IMG/VR virus record: IMGVR_UViG_3300015259_000001
Length of the DNA stretch: 64,000 bases
Origin: a virus
Reading direction: 5' to 3' (one strand)
Shown here: one piece after another, positions 45,974 through 54,102 of the stretch
How positions within the stretch are numbered: position 1 is the first letter of the stretch
Layout: the number at the start of each line of letters is the position of its first letter
The notes under the pieces: generated by a model
Databases searched by the model: none
Seen by the model: only the letters and a program-made list of their open reading frames with translations
Told to the model about the DNA's origin: nothing
Program-made: the position numbers and the translations under genes

Positions 45974-46350
45974 TCTCCTGTTTCGTCATTACGTCTAATT
46001 TTATTATCTATAATAAGCAATGCAGTCTTCGCATTCTTTGGAAATACTTTACCACTATAGAAAGCATCTCCAGTTACTGCATCAAATACGGTAACAAACT
46101 TTTGAGCCCAGTCCGGAAGTGTTTTAACTATTCCTTTTAAATAAATACTATGATGATTTTCTAGTAGCTCAGAATAATGAGAATATGAGATTCCATCTGT
46201 AGCGTAACCTGTAGCTATAGCTAATGGACAGTTTTCAAGTGTACATTTATATGTTTCGTTTGTCTTAATAGCCTTCAATAGAAATTGTCTAAACATATAT
46301 TTAGAAATAAACTTACCAACTGGTGAAATATCATTCTTAAGTCTTCTCAC
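45958..46350 (-). CDS. Hypothetical protein, tandem paralog 1
   Basis: NCPLAIATGYATDGISYSHY...TLPDWA. Confidence 0.7.
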   Translation of the reverse strand: MRRLKNDISPVGKFISKYMFRQFLLKAIKTNETYKCTLENCPLAIATGYATDGISYSHYSELLENHHSIYLKGIVKTLPDWAQKFVTVFDAVTGDAFYSGKVFPKNAKTALLIIDNKIRRNDETGEWETP

Positions 46351-47689
46351 GATACTGCTCCGTGTTTAAGTGAAATTTTAAGTCTGGGTACTTATACGAC
46401 AATAACAGTATAGCATATTTTCGCAATTTTTCCGCTTCTTCCTTAGAGTCACACACAGGTAAATAGATTGTAGGACGCCATTTACCTGATTCTTTATGGA
46501 CGCCAGATTTAGTAGAATTTCTTACATTTTGTATAATAGTACATGCTCGCAAATTATTCAAGTTGTTATTTAACTTATCATGATCAATATGATCTACAAC
46601 ATAACCAGATTTAATTGGTCCATTAAATGCTTCCCATACAACTCTAGATACTTGCTTCCAATAGTATCTACCTGAATTAGATAACCCCACCTGATAATAT
46701 CCACTATTAGATAGTTTAAACTTAATAGACTGTCCGGGGATAGTCCTTCCTTTATTGTCTTTTCTAGTTAAAGACCGTATTCGTCCAAAAGAACTAGCTT
46801 CATATTGCTCTTCGAACCCTAATACCGGACCCCACATTTCAACATCATTTAGTCCACTTACTGCCCGTCCTTTTAATAGTAACCAATCCATTTCGGGTCT
46901 TACTTCTAGATTTTTAATCCATGACCCAACACTAGTAGCTGGATATACACCATTATGGACAGAAAAGTCTAAGTAGGCAGATAAGTCTTTCGGAAAACAC
47001 GACCCAGAAAAACCATATTTACCGTCCGTACCGGGGACTAAAAAGTGCGAACGTCCTATTCTCCCATCATTCAAGATTTCAGCTATAACTCGTTTAGAAT
47101 TAACTCCAATAGCTTCGCAGATCTGGTGTAGCTCATTAAAGTAAGCTAACTTATTGCAAAAAAAAACATTAGTCCCATATTTAACTAAAGCAGCTTCATC
47201 CCATGTCATCCATACTATAGGAACAGCAGGAAATCTAGTATTGAATAAATCTTCTAAAATTCTATGGCTAGAAAAGTTATCGGATGTACCAAGAATTATC
47301 CGACTTTGTTGAATAAAATCAAGATCAGCAGTTTTTTCTGTTAGGAACTCCGGCGAATGTATTACTATTAGATTTCTGTGTTTTGCATTCAACTTTCTCG
47401 CGCTTCCGGGAGGTATAGTGCTTTTTATGATAACAATCTTTACATCATCCTCCGGCAAGGTACGTGATAAATCACTTAAAGCGCTATCTAAAATAGATAG
47501 ATCTACTGATCCGTCAGCCTTCATTGGGGTAGGTAAACAAATAAATAGTATATCTTGATTAACTACGTCAGCGTATTTAAACCCCATATCCTTGAATTTG
47601 TCATAGATCTTTACATTTGTATAGGTATGGAATGCTTTGCATACGGCGGTCCCTACGAAACCCGCGCCGATTATACCTACTGAGTACAT
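46337..47689 (-). CDS. ugd: UDP-glucose/GDP-mannose dehydrogenase fused in frame to a NUMOD4-HNH endonuclease; start reassigned to ATG 47689
   Basis: GAGFVG, ICLPTP, IKSTIPPG, SPEFL, GFSGSCFPKD; then YEASSFGRIRS...VVDHIDHDKLNNNLNNL after about 46855. Confidence 0.85.
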   Translation of the reverse strand: MYSVGIIGAGFVGTAVCKAFHTYTNVKIYDKFKDMGFKYADVVNQDILFICLPTPMKADGSVDLSILDSALSDLSRTLPEDDVKIVIIKSTIPPGSARKLNAKHRNLIVIHSPEFLTEKTADLDFIQQSRIILGTSDNFSSHRILEDLFNTRFPAVPIVWMTWDEAALVKYGTNVFFCNKLAYFNELHQICEAIGVNSKRVIAEILNDGRIGRSHFLVPGTDGKYGFSGSCFPKDLSAYLDFSVHNGVYPATSVGSWIKNLEVRPEMDWLLLKGRAVSGLNDVEMWGPVLGFEEQYEASSFGRIRSLTRKDNKGRTIPGQSIKFKLSNSGYYQVGLSNSGRYYWKQVSRVVWEAFNGPIKSGYVVDHIDHDKLNNNLNNLRACTIIQNVRNSTKSGVHKESGKWRPTIYLPVCDSKEEAEKLRKYAILLLSYKYPDLKFHLNTEQYREKT

Positions 47690-48321
47690 ATACTTCTCCA
47701 TTCCAATGCATCCGATATAGTTGGAAACTCCTCAGTAAAGATATTTTTTATCTCTAAGGCTATTTCTCTATGTTCTTTTTGGGTGTGGGGGTCAGTACGA
47801 AGCTCTATATAATGAATCCAAGATCTTAAACTACCTTTCATGTATATCGTAGTTTGAGTAGTTAATGGCAGTACCATTCTTGCTGTCTCTTTGGATACAC
47901 CATTAGCGATTAGCTGGTCATAGGTATATCGGGCAAGAGATACCGTAATAGCAATCATTTTATTTAGAGTATCATCTTTAAGTACAGCCTCGGAAGACTG
48001 TCTATTATTTTTAGCCTGTCTACGAAGCTCTACTGGTTCAAAATTCGTAGGAGAACTATAGCGTTGTGAGAACTCTTGGAATGAAAAGCTTCTATGACGT
48101 AGAATCTGGGCTGCTATAGCTCTACTAGTTTGGATCTCTACGGTCATATCGACCATTTCAAACGGCGACCAATGCTTATTTTTGATCAAGTATTTTAATA
48201 GTTTAGGTGCCGTTTCAGTATTCATCTGATTATCTGGATTGCTTACCCGAGCAATATAAGCCACCAGATCCTCAGTCCGTGAAAGAAAAGATTTAGTGGT
48301 GGATATGATTCTGACGTTCAC
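47677..48321 (-). CDS. thyX: Flavin-dependent thymidylate synthase
   Basis: HWSPFE, RHRSFSFQEFSQRY, ARMVLP, QKEHR. Confidence 0.95.
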   Translation of the reverse strand: MNVRIISTTKSFLSRTEDLVAYIARVSNPDNQMNTETAPKLLKYLIKNKHWSPFEMVDMTVEIQTSRAIAAQILRHRSFSFQEFSQRYSSPTNFEPVELRRQAKNNRQSSEAVLKDDTLNKMIAITVSLARYTYDQLIANGVSKETARMVLPLTTQTTIYMKGSLRSWIHYIELRTDPHTQKEHREIALEIKNIFTEEFPTISDALEWRSICTQ

Positions 48322-48761
48322 TTCTTATCCGCCTCTAAATGTGCTCTAAGAAACCATGCCATCTTCTCATGTTTAGCTGCCCACTCTAGAAGAATATTAG
48401 CGGTTACAGAATCCTGAGTGTTTACAGCAGCAGAAGTTCTCCTAATATCCTTAATTAAATCTTCATGATCCATCACTAAATGATTTATCATATCAGTATA
48501 GTTAAATGGTACAGTAGTATCTTCATATAGCGTACCTGTAGATATAAATTGCTGCATAGACCCGAACGGTTGACCTTTAAGCTGTCTAATTCTCTCAGCT
48601 ATGGTATCGGTTAGAGAGTTCAATTGATTGTACTGATCACCGAATAGTTCATGCAGTGGACCAAAGAATGGTCCTGTTACGTTCCAATGGAACCCACGGG
48701 TCTTTACTAATACTTTGTACTCATCTGCTAATAGTATATTTAGTGCTCTATTTATATCCAT
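48318..48761 (-). CDS. dps: Dps/ferritin-like DNA protection protein
   Basis: FHWNVTGPFFGPLHELF, DTIAERI, HEKMAWFL. Confidence 0.92.
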   Translation of the reverse strand: MDINRALNILLADEYKVLVKTRGFHWNVTGPFFGPLHELFGDQYNQLNSLTDTIAERIRQLKGQPFGSMQQFISTGTLYEDTTVPFNYTDMINHLVMDHEDLIKDIRRTSAAVNTQDSVTANILLEWAAKHEKMAWFLRAHLEADKK

Positions 48762-48874
48762 AATTTATCCTATATTAATATGTTTGAATCTACTTCACAA
48801 TGATAGTTTTATTATGCATAGCTACAAAAATAAATAAAGCTATAGCCACAATAAATGATAGTATAAGAAGAGGT

Positions 48875-49207
48875 CTATCTAACACAAGAATATCCCGCCC
48901 AATTACATAGAATTGATGACCAATTAGGTCTAGGACGTAAAGCATTAATAGCGAGTATTGTTTTTTTCAGATTACGCCAATTAATCTTTGCCCCACAGAA
49001 TGGGCAAAAATTATACTTTGTTGCCATACCAGAACGACCATCGAGAAGCGATCTCATATCTTTATGAGATCTAGTATCCCCTATTAGCTCCTCGATGCAC
49101 CATGACTTTCCGTCACCCTCTAATACAGTATGGTCACAGTCAGAATTGGTAGCGGGGGCGGGACTCGAACCCGCGTTCTGAAGCTTATGAGACTTCCGAC
49201 TTACCAC
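48875..49207 (-). CDS. Possible Zn-ribbon protein whose 5' end overlaps the tRNA
   Basis: CDH...WC...FCPFCGAKINW; GTG start lies inside the tRNA; same frame as RNR. Confidence 0.4.
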   Translation of the reverse strand: MVSRKSHKLQNAGSSPAPATNSDCDHTVLEGDGKSWCIEELIGDTRSHKDMRSLLDGRSGMATKYNFCPFCGAKINWRNLKKTILAINALRPRPNWSSILCNWAGYSCVR

Positions 49208-49221
49208 TTGTCCACCCCGCT
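49147..49221 (-). tRNA. tRNA with CAT anticodon (Met; initiator-like acceptor, non-initiator anticodon stem), CCA encoded
   Basis: AGCGGGG/CCCCGCT acceptor, GAAGT-CTCATAA-GCTTC, GCGGG-TTCGAGT-CCCGC, ACCA. Confidence 0.92.
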
Positions 49222-50809
49222 AGGATCCACACACGCCACCTTTACAGGACTCGTCATTTTCCTCGTATATGACGTCTTTATGTTTTTTCGCTGTTTCATA
49301 GTTTATAGGTACTATAGGCTGGCCCGGTCTTGCTCCATCCGGATACACCGTGATACCTCGTAGCTTCGGAAGATATTGTAGCAAAGTTTCAGCAAATTTC
49401 TTGGCATTGTTGTTACCGGGTTCGCCCCATTCCGGCAAGTTAATAGTAGAAGAGATCGCTTGATCTACGAAACCCTGAACAAAAGCCTGCATTGCTATTC
49501 GCTTCTCAACATCTAAGGATAAGGTCTTCGAGTCTTCAATATCCTCTGGTTTTATTCCTTCCTGAATTAGACGCTCTGCTGTTGGGTCTATAACATAACT
49601 AAACTTCCACTTTCCATCCTTATCAAGAAAGCGTCTCTTATAAGATACACAAAAAATGGGTTCAATCCCTGTAGTAGTCTCGCCAATGATACCTATCGTC
49701 CCTGTAGGAGCTATAGCTCTAACCGCAACAGGACGAATGTCTTTGCTAGCAGTGGCGTACGTATTGGCCTCGGTATCTGAAGCATACATCCATGCTGATA
49801 ACCATTTTTCAAGCTTATTACTGGGGGCGTAAGGATGATTATTCTTTAAGCACCACTCATGCAGTCCCATTAACCCCAATCCTATACGGCGGTTATTAGA
49901 ACGCACCCTAGAGAAAGCAGGATCAGGAGCCCAACTACAATAGGTTCCATTATATAGGAACTGGACACCTAACTCTGTAACCTTAACCAATTCATCTATA
50001 TCTTTAATGTTAGCAAGGTTAACACTACCAAGATTACAAGAATCACTGTCAGTATTGGATACAACCTCACAGCAAGGATTTCTAAGATCCTCTTTCCATT
50101 TAGACCCTACATTAACAGAAAATCCCGGCTCACCTGTCTTGCACATGCTCTTACAAATTCTATAGTAAAGGTCCCAAACATGTTTTTCAGTATTAACTGT
50201 GGCAAAGAAAGCATCATCTAACCCTACTGAAATATTTGTCATATCCAGATCAGCCGGGAAATTGAAGTCTGCCTCTTTTGCTGCTTTAACAGCAGTGGCC
50301 CAATTCTTAACTAATAAGAATTCTTCTATATCGGAATGCATCCAATTTAGACCCGCCCACAGGGCAGAACGTCTTTTGCCTCCAGCCATTACCTGACGGG
50401 CCACTTCATTGACCATTTTCATCAGGGAGATAGGACCACTGGCGACACCTCCAAATCTTTTAATCGGAGTGCCTCGTCCACGGATTAGGCTATACTCAGT
50501 ACCTACCCCGCCGCCAGTGGATAATGCCATTATATGTTTCCCTACTAGGTCTTTCCAACCCTCTCTTGAGTCTTCGGCTCTAAGTAGAAAACAATTATAG
50601 TATTGAGGTATATCTCTACCGGCGGAATAAAGATACCGTCCACCGGGTATGAACTTCCTGTCTCTAATGATCTCAAAAAATGCCTGTTCTTGTTCAGGAT
50701 TTCTAGCAATAGTCTTAGCTACTCTAGCAGCGCATCCTTCCCAATCTTCAGACTCGTTTATCGCATATGTGCGTTTAAATATTGTATTAGCGAATGGACC
50801 AAGCATCAT
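49220..50809 (-). CDS. nrdJ: Ribonucleotide reductase, class II (B12) type inferred
   Basis: PGGR, YNCF, GGGVG, RRSA, NPCCE, CNLGS, APTGT, C-terminal CKGGVC; no ATP cone, no YY dyad and no nrdB in window. Confidence 0.85.
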   Translation of the reverse strand: MMLGPFANTIFKRTYAINESEDWEGCAARVAKTIARNPEQEQAFFEIIRDRKFIPGGRYLYSAGRDIPQYYNCFLLRAEDSREGWKDLVGKHIMALSTGGGVGTEYSLIRGRGTPIKRFGGVASGPISLMKMVNEVARQVMAGGKRRSALWAGLNWMHSDIEEFLLVKNWATAVKAAKEADFNFPADLDMTNISVGLDDAFFATVNTEKHVWDLYYRICKSMCKTGEPGFSVNVGSKWKEDLRNPCCEVVSNTDSDSCNLGSVNLANIKDIDELVKVTELGVQFLYNGTYCSWAPDPAFSRVRSNNRRIGLGLMGLHEWCLKNNHPYAPSNKLEKWLSAWMYASDTEANTYATASKDIRPVAVRAIAPTGTIGIIGETTTGIEPIFCVSYKRRFLDKDGKWKFSYVIDPTAERLIQEGIKPEDIEDSKTLSLDVEKRIAMQAFVQGFVDQAISSTINLPEWGEPGNNNAKKFAETLLQYLPKLRGITVYPDGARPGQPIVPINYETAKKHKDVIYEENDESCKGGVCGS

Positions 50810-50834
50810 GTAACTTTCTTTATTCTATTTTACC

Positions 50835-51518
50835 TTAGTCACGGAAAAACTCTGGTTCTATATCCATAGCTTTTGCCCAAGAACCATGCTTAACTGCTAC
50901 TATTACTCGCTTTAACCTTATTCCCCTACTCCACCAATGGGTTGAAATTTCCTTATGTCCACCCTCAATATTTCGGGAATTAGATATAGCATCTAAAGAA
51001 CGGCCATCCATGAGATGTCTACAAATACCGTCTCTGCCTTCCATTTTATTATCAAATTCAGAAACAACTTCTAAACCTAATCGCGCAGCCGCCTCTCTCA
51101 TACGATCAGCCTGTGCTGTTAGCTCATTAAACTTTTCTTCGATGTGATACTCTCTCAAAGGATATCGACCGGCACCCTTAGGAGTATACCAAATATTCGG
51201 TCGAGATTCAAGATGTTTTACCATCCAATTAATCGCCTTATCAAGATCAGAGAAACAATCGTTAACAGATCGCCGCTGATAATCAATCTCGTGATGGAAA
51301 CCATGAAGTTCGGCGATCATTCTACCGGCCTTAACTTCTTCCTTGACGTACTCAATACACTGAGGAAACTGTTGAATCTCCTCCGTGAGAATAGCTGGAA
51401 CATGTACGAAGTGCTCCGGCACTTCTGCGATCCAACGGTGTATCTGTCTAAATCGTTTAAACGGATCAGGCCATTCTCTAGAAGGAACTAGAATATCATC
51501 GTCTCTAACTCTTATCAT
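50835..51518 (-). CDS. Polysaccharide deacetylase-like (CE4/NodB fold) protein
   Basis: IRVRDDD, HVPAI, ELHGFHH, YTP. Confidence 0.6.
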   Translation of the reverse strand: MIRVRDDDILVPSREWPDPFKRFRQIHRWIAEVPEHFVHVPAILTEEIQQFPQCIEYVKEEVKAGRMIAELHGFHHEIDYQRRSVNDCFSDLDKAINWMVKHLESRPNIWYTPKGAGRYPLREYHIEEKFNELTAQADRMREAAARLGLEVVSEFDNKMEGRDGICRHLMDGRSLDAISNSRNIEGGHKEISTHWWSRGIRLKRVIVAVKHGSWAKAMDIEPEFFRD

Positions 51519-51756
51519 TATCTACTGCCTTCTCAACACAACTTATATGAGCATAAGTACATAATTCCATTATAATCATATACATCTGCATCGTATCAAT
51601 AGCTTCCCTACAAAAACAACACTTATGATCCTCAGGAAGCATACCTGAACCGCCGTATATCGGATCAAAAGGATTGAAGCCGTAATAGGCAGCAAACTCT
51701 ATGTACTCAGAATTAATCATTAGTATAGATAACGTTAGGTTCTGAGTACGGGACAA
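51505..51756 (-). CDS. Small Cys/His-rich hypothetical protein
   Basis: CCFC...AHISC. Confidence 0.45.
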   Translation of the reverse strand: MSRTQNLTLSILMINSEYIEFAAYYGFNPFDPIYGGSGMLPEDHKCCFCREAIDTMQMYMIIMELCTYAHISCVEKAVDNDKS

Positions 51757-51807
51757 AAATAAATAATGCTGCTATCCAGACTAATACCAATGCTAGATTA
51801 ATATATC

Positions 51808-52614
51808 TCATGGCATAACTTCGCACTTAATAGTACCGTCCTTATTCAATCGTAAAACGGACCAACCAGTTCTTTGTATACTCATTACACCTTTTCTAGC
51901 ATAATTAGAGTATCTTAGAGAACTGCCGCCGCGTACAAACCATTGAATTCTTAGGTGCTCTCCATGACCATCGAAAGATAACGAATCAACTGGCTTAGTG
52001 TATAGTTGGTGGTTATGACCTAAGAAGAATACATCTGCTTGAGAATATACTTCTTTTAACTTATATAATTCTAGATCTCCATTCTTAGCTGAAGATACAC
52101 CATGACCAGAGGCTAAAAGCATATTATTCTTTTTATGCTTGTTCTTATTAGCTACGATATTAGCATAGCAGGGACCGTCAACAAAAGGTACATCTAGCGT
52201 TCTAGCTAATATCTTAATAACATCAAAGTCACAAAGTCTAGCTGAACGGTCAGAGTCATGATTTCCGCCCCGCATGAATAAGCATTTATCTGCGATAGGT
52301 AGTAGTAATTCCGCTGCTTCAATAAACTGATCATCAGGGTAATTATACTGTTCTCTTTGAGTAATCCCCTTGTATGCGGGAGGTATAAACTCTAATAGAT
52401 CTCCATTACCGAACCAGTAAGCATTAGGGGTATTTTTAACTGTTTCGATCTTTGCAGCGAACATAGATCTATCGTGTTCATTGGCCCCAACGTGATCGTC
52501 TGTGAACCCATGGATCTCAAAAGAATCATGAGGTAAACTTATCTTCAACCCGTTAGATGGAGTTACCATAGTAAATTTATTCTTTATCATTTGTTTTCTC
52601 TTTCCATAGTGCAA
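51808..52614 (-). CDS. Calcineurin-like metallophosphoesterase
   Basis: FTDDHVG, GNGDL, GGNHD, ASGHG, GHNH. Confidence 0.85.
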   Translation of the reverse strand: MHYGKRKQMIKNKFTMVTPSNGLKISLPHDSFEIHGFTDDHVGANEHDRSMFAAKIETVKNTPNAYWFGNGDLLEFIPPAYKGITQREQYNYPDDQFIEAAELLLPIADKCLFMRGGNHDSDRSARLCDFDVIKILARTLDVPFVDGPCYANIVANKNKHKKNNMLLASGHGVSSAKNGDLELYKLKEVYSQADVFFLGHNHQLYTKPVDSLSFDGHGEHLRIQWFVRGGSSLRYSNYARKGVMSIQRTGWSVLRLNKDGTIKCEVMP

Positions 52615-52939
52615 GGAACTCTTGAAAGTTCATTGTTATCATAGTACAGTCTGTGCCTTTACCGTGAGGCTGCCATACTACAGCAGGCGTAGTATCTTTT
52701 TTTGCGTTTGCTTTAGCTTGCTTATACTCTGCATGACCCGGATGTTTTCTAGTATGCTTACATTCAACAGAAAATGGAAACTTACGTTTAGCGGCCGGTG
52801 ATAGCATGATATCTACACCACCAGAACCCATAGGTCTACTCTCTACGTCTCCCTCTTCAAGCTCAAAAATACGACCTAACTCACTAGCAACAAATTTCTG
52901 AGTAGAACGACCTTTAGCTTTTGCACTAGCGGTTTTCAT
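52577..52939 (-). CDS. PD-(D/E)xK Holliday-junction resolvase-like nuclease
   Basis: AKAKGR, SRPMGSGGVDI, SVECK. Confidence 0.75.
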   Translation of the reverse strand: MKTASAKAKGRSTQKFVASELGRIFELEEGDVESRPMGSGGVDIMLSPAAKRKFPFSVECKHTRKHPGHAEYKQAKANAKKDTTPAVVWQPHGKGTDCTMITMNFQEFLALWKEKTNDKE

Positions 52940-53150
52940 CTGTAGCCCACCTATATGCTCCTACTAAGTCTATAGCTATAAAGAGCAATCCCCAAACAAC
53001 GATAGAAGATAGACCCAAAACGAACCCTAGTCCTACCCAACCTAATTCTCCGATTACTCTTAACCACCATCCTACTCTCAATCCGAAAGCAATACATATC
53101 ATACCGGCTAACAGGAAAGCATAGAAGATATGACCGTATACATCAATCAT
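52926..53150 (-). CDS. Small 3-TM protein, PnuC-like half
   Basis: Three hydrophobic segments, GWWL..GELGW, GAYRW. Confidence 0.5.
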   Translation of the reverse strand: MIDVYGHIFYAFLLAGMICIAFGLRVGWWLRVIGELGWVGLGFVLGLSSIVVWGLLFIAIDLVGAYRWATDENR

Positions 53151-53446
53151 ACACGCTTAGAAGATTTCTTAGACTTCTTCTTTGCCTGTACAGCGCGATC
53201 AAGTCTAATATGAGCTTGATCTGCTACTGCAGCGATATCGTCTAGTTTAACATTAATACCGCTAACTTCAGAATCAAGACCTAGGATATGGGTATCGAGT
53301 ACTTTTAGATCAGCAAGTATGTTTACACGAAATTTTTCTAAATAAACAGACTCTGCATCTACTTGAGCTATTAACTCATTTACGGTGCTATAAAAGAACA
53401 AAATAGCAATAACAAATACAATTAGAATCATAACAAGTGTCATCAT
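53147..53446 (-). CDS. N-terminal TM plus coiled-coil protein
   Basis: 99 aa. Confidence 0.55.
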   Translation of the reverse strand: MMTLVMILIVFVIAILFFYSTVNELIAQVDAESVYLEKFRVNILADLKVLDTHILGLDSEVSGINVKLDDIAAVADQAHIRLDRAVQAKKKSKKSSKRV

Positions 53447-54102
53447 ATCCTCCTTAGTATATCATCTGCCAAGCCTTCTGCCACAATCGCTTCACCACCA
53501 AGAACCCAATATTCTGCTTTCTTATCGGTAATCTTTCTCCAGTAGGAAGCATCCTTATCCCCCTTGCGTTTAGAGGTACACTTACCTAACAGGACTATAA
53601 ATCTTTCCCCTATCCAGTCTTCCCACTTTCGTCGATCCTTAGCTTCTGAATGACGAAGGGCTACTTCCCCGGAGAAAGTTGATTCGTGATTCATCATAGT
53701 ACAGTTTTCAGTAACATATACTTTATGCCCGCAAGCTAGCATAAGAACACCCGCTGAAGCTACTCCACCTGTACCTATAATAGTTATCGGGGCTGGAGAA
53801 TTGATAACCAAATCATAGAACATAAAGGCTGCCTCAACATCACCGCCCGGTGTACTAAGCCAAATAGTTATAGGTTCATGGCTTTGGTTAAGTAGATGTC
53901 TAAAGGTCGCCAAGAACTGATTGGCGAAGTCTCCATCTATTTCTCCTACGATATAGATCTCTCTCTTATCGAGGTCTACCCAAAACTCATGGATCCAATA
54001 GAGAGCAGGAGCATTAATCGGAGGATTATTAGCTCCTATATAAACATTACCTCCTGTGGTGTTGTTATTTGATCGTGGTGATACCATTATTCTTCTCCAC
54101 AT
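53443..54102 (-). CDS. clpP: ClpP-family peptidase
   Basis: REIYIVGEI, STPGG, VASAG (Ser), MNHE (His), GLAD. Confidence 0.85.
   Translation of the reverse strand: MWRRIMVSPRSNNNTTGGNVYIGANNPPINAPALYWIHEFWVDLDKREIYIVGEIDGDFANQFLATFRHLLNQSHEPITIWLSTPGGDVEAAFMFYDLVINSPAPITIIGTGGVASAGVLMLACGHKVYVTENCTMMNHESTFSGEVALRHSEAKDRRKWEDWIGERFIVLLGKCTSKRKGDKDASYWRKITDKKAEYWVLGGEAIVAEGLADDILRRI

Noticed and set aside
49658-49670. T-loop-like GGGTTCAATCCC
   Set aside because: It is antisense within RNR, with no cloverleaf around it
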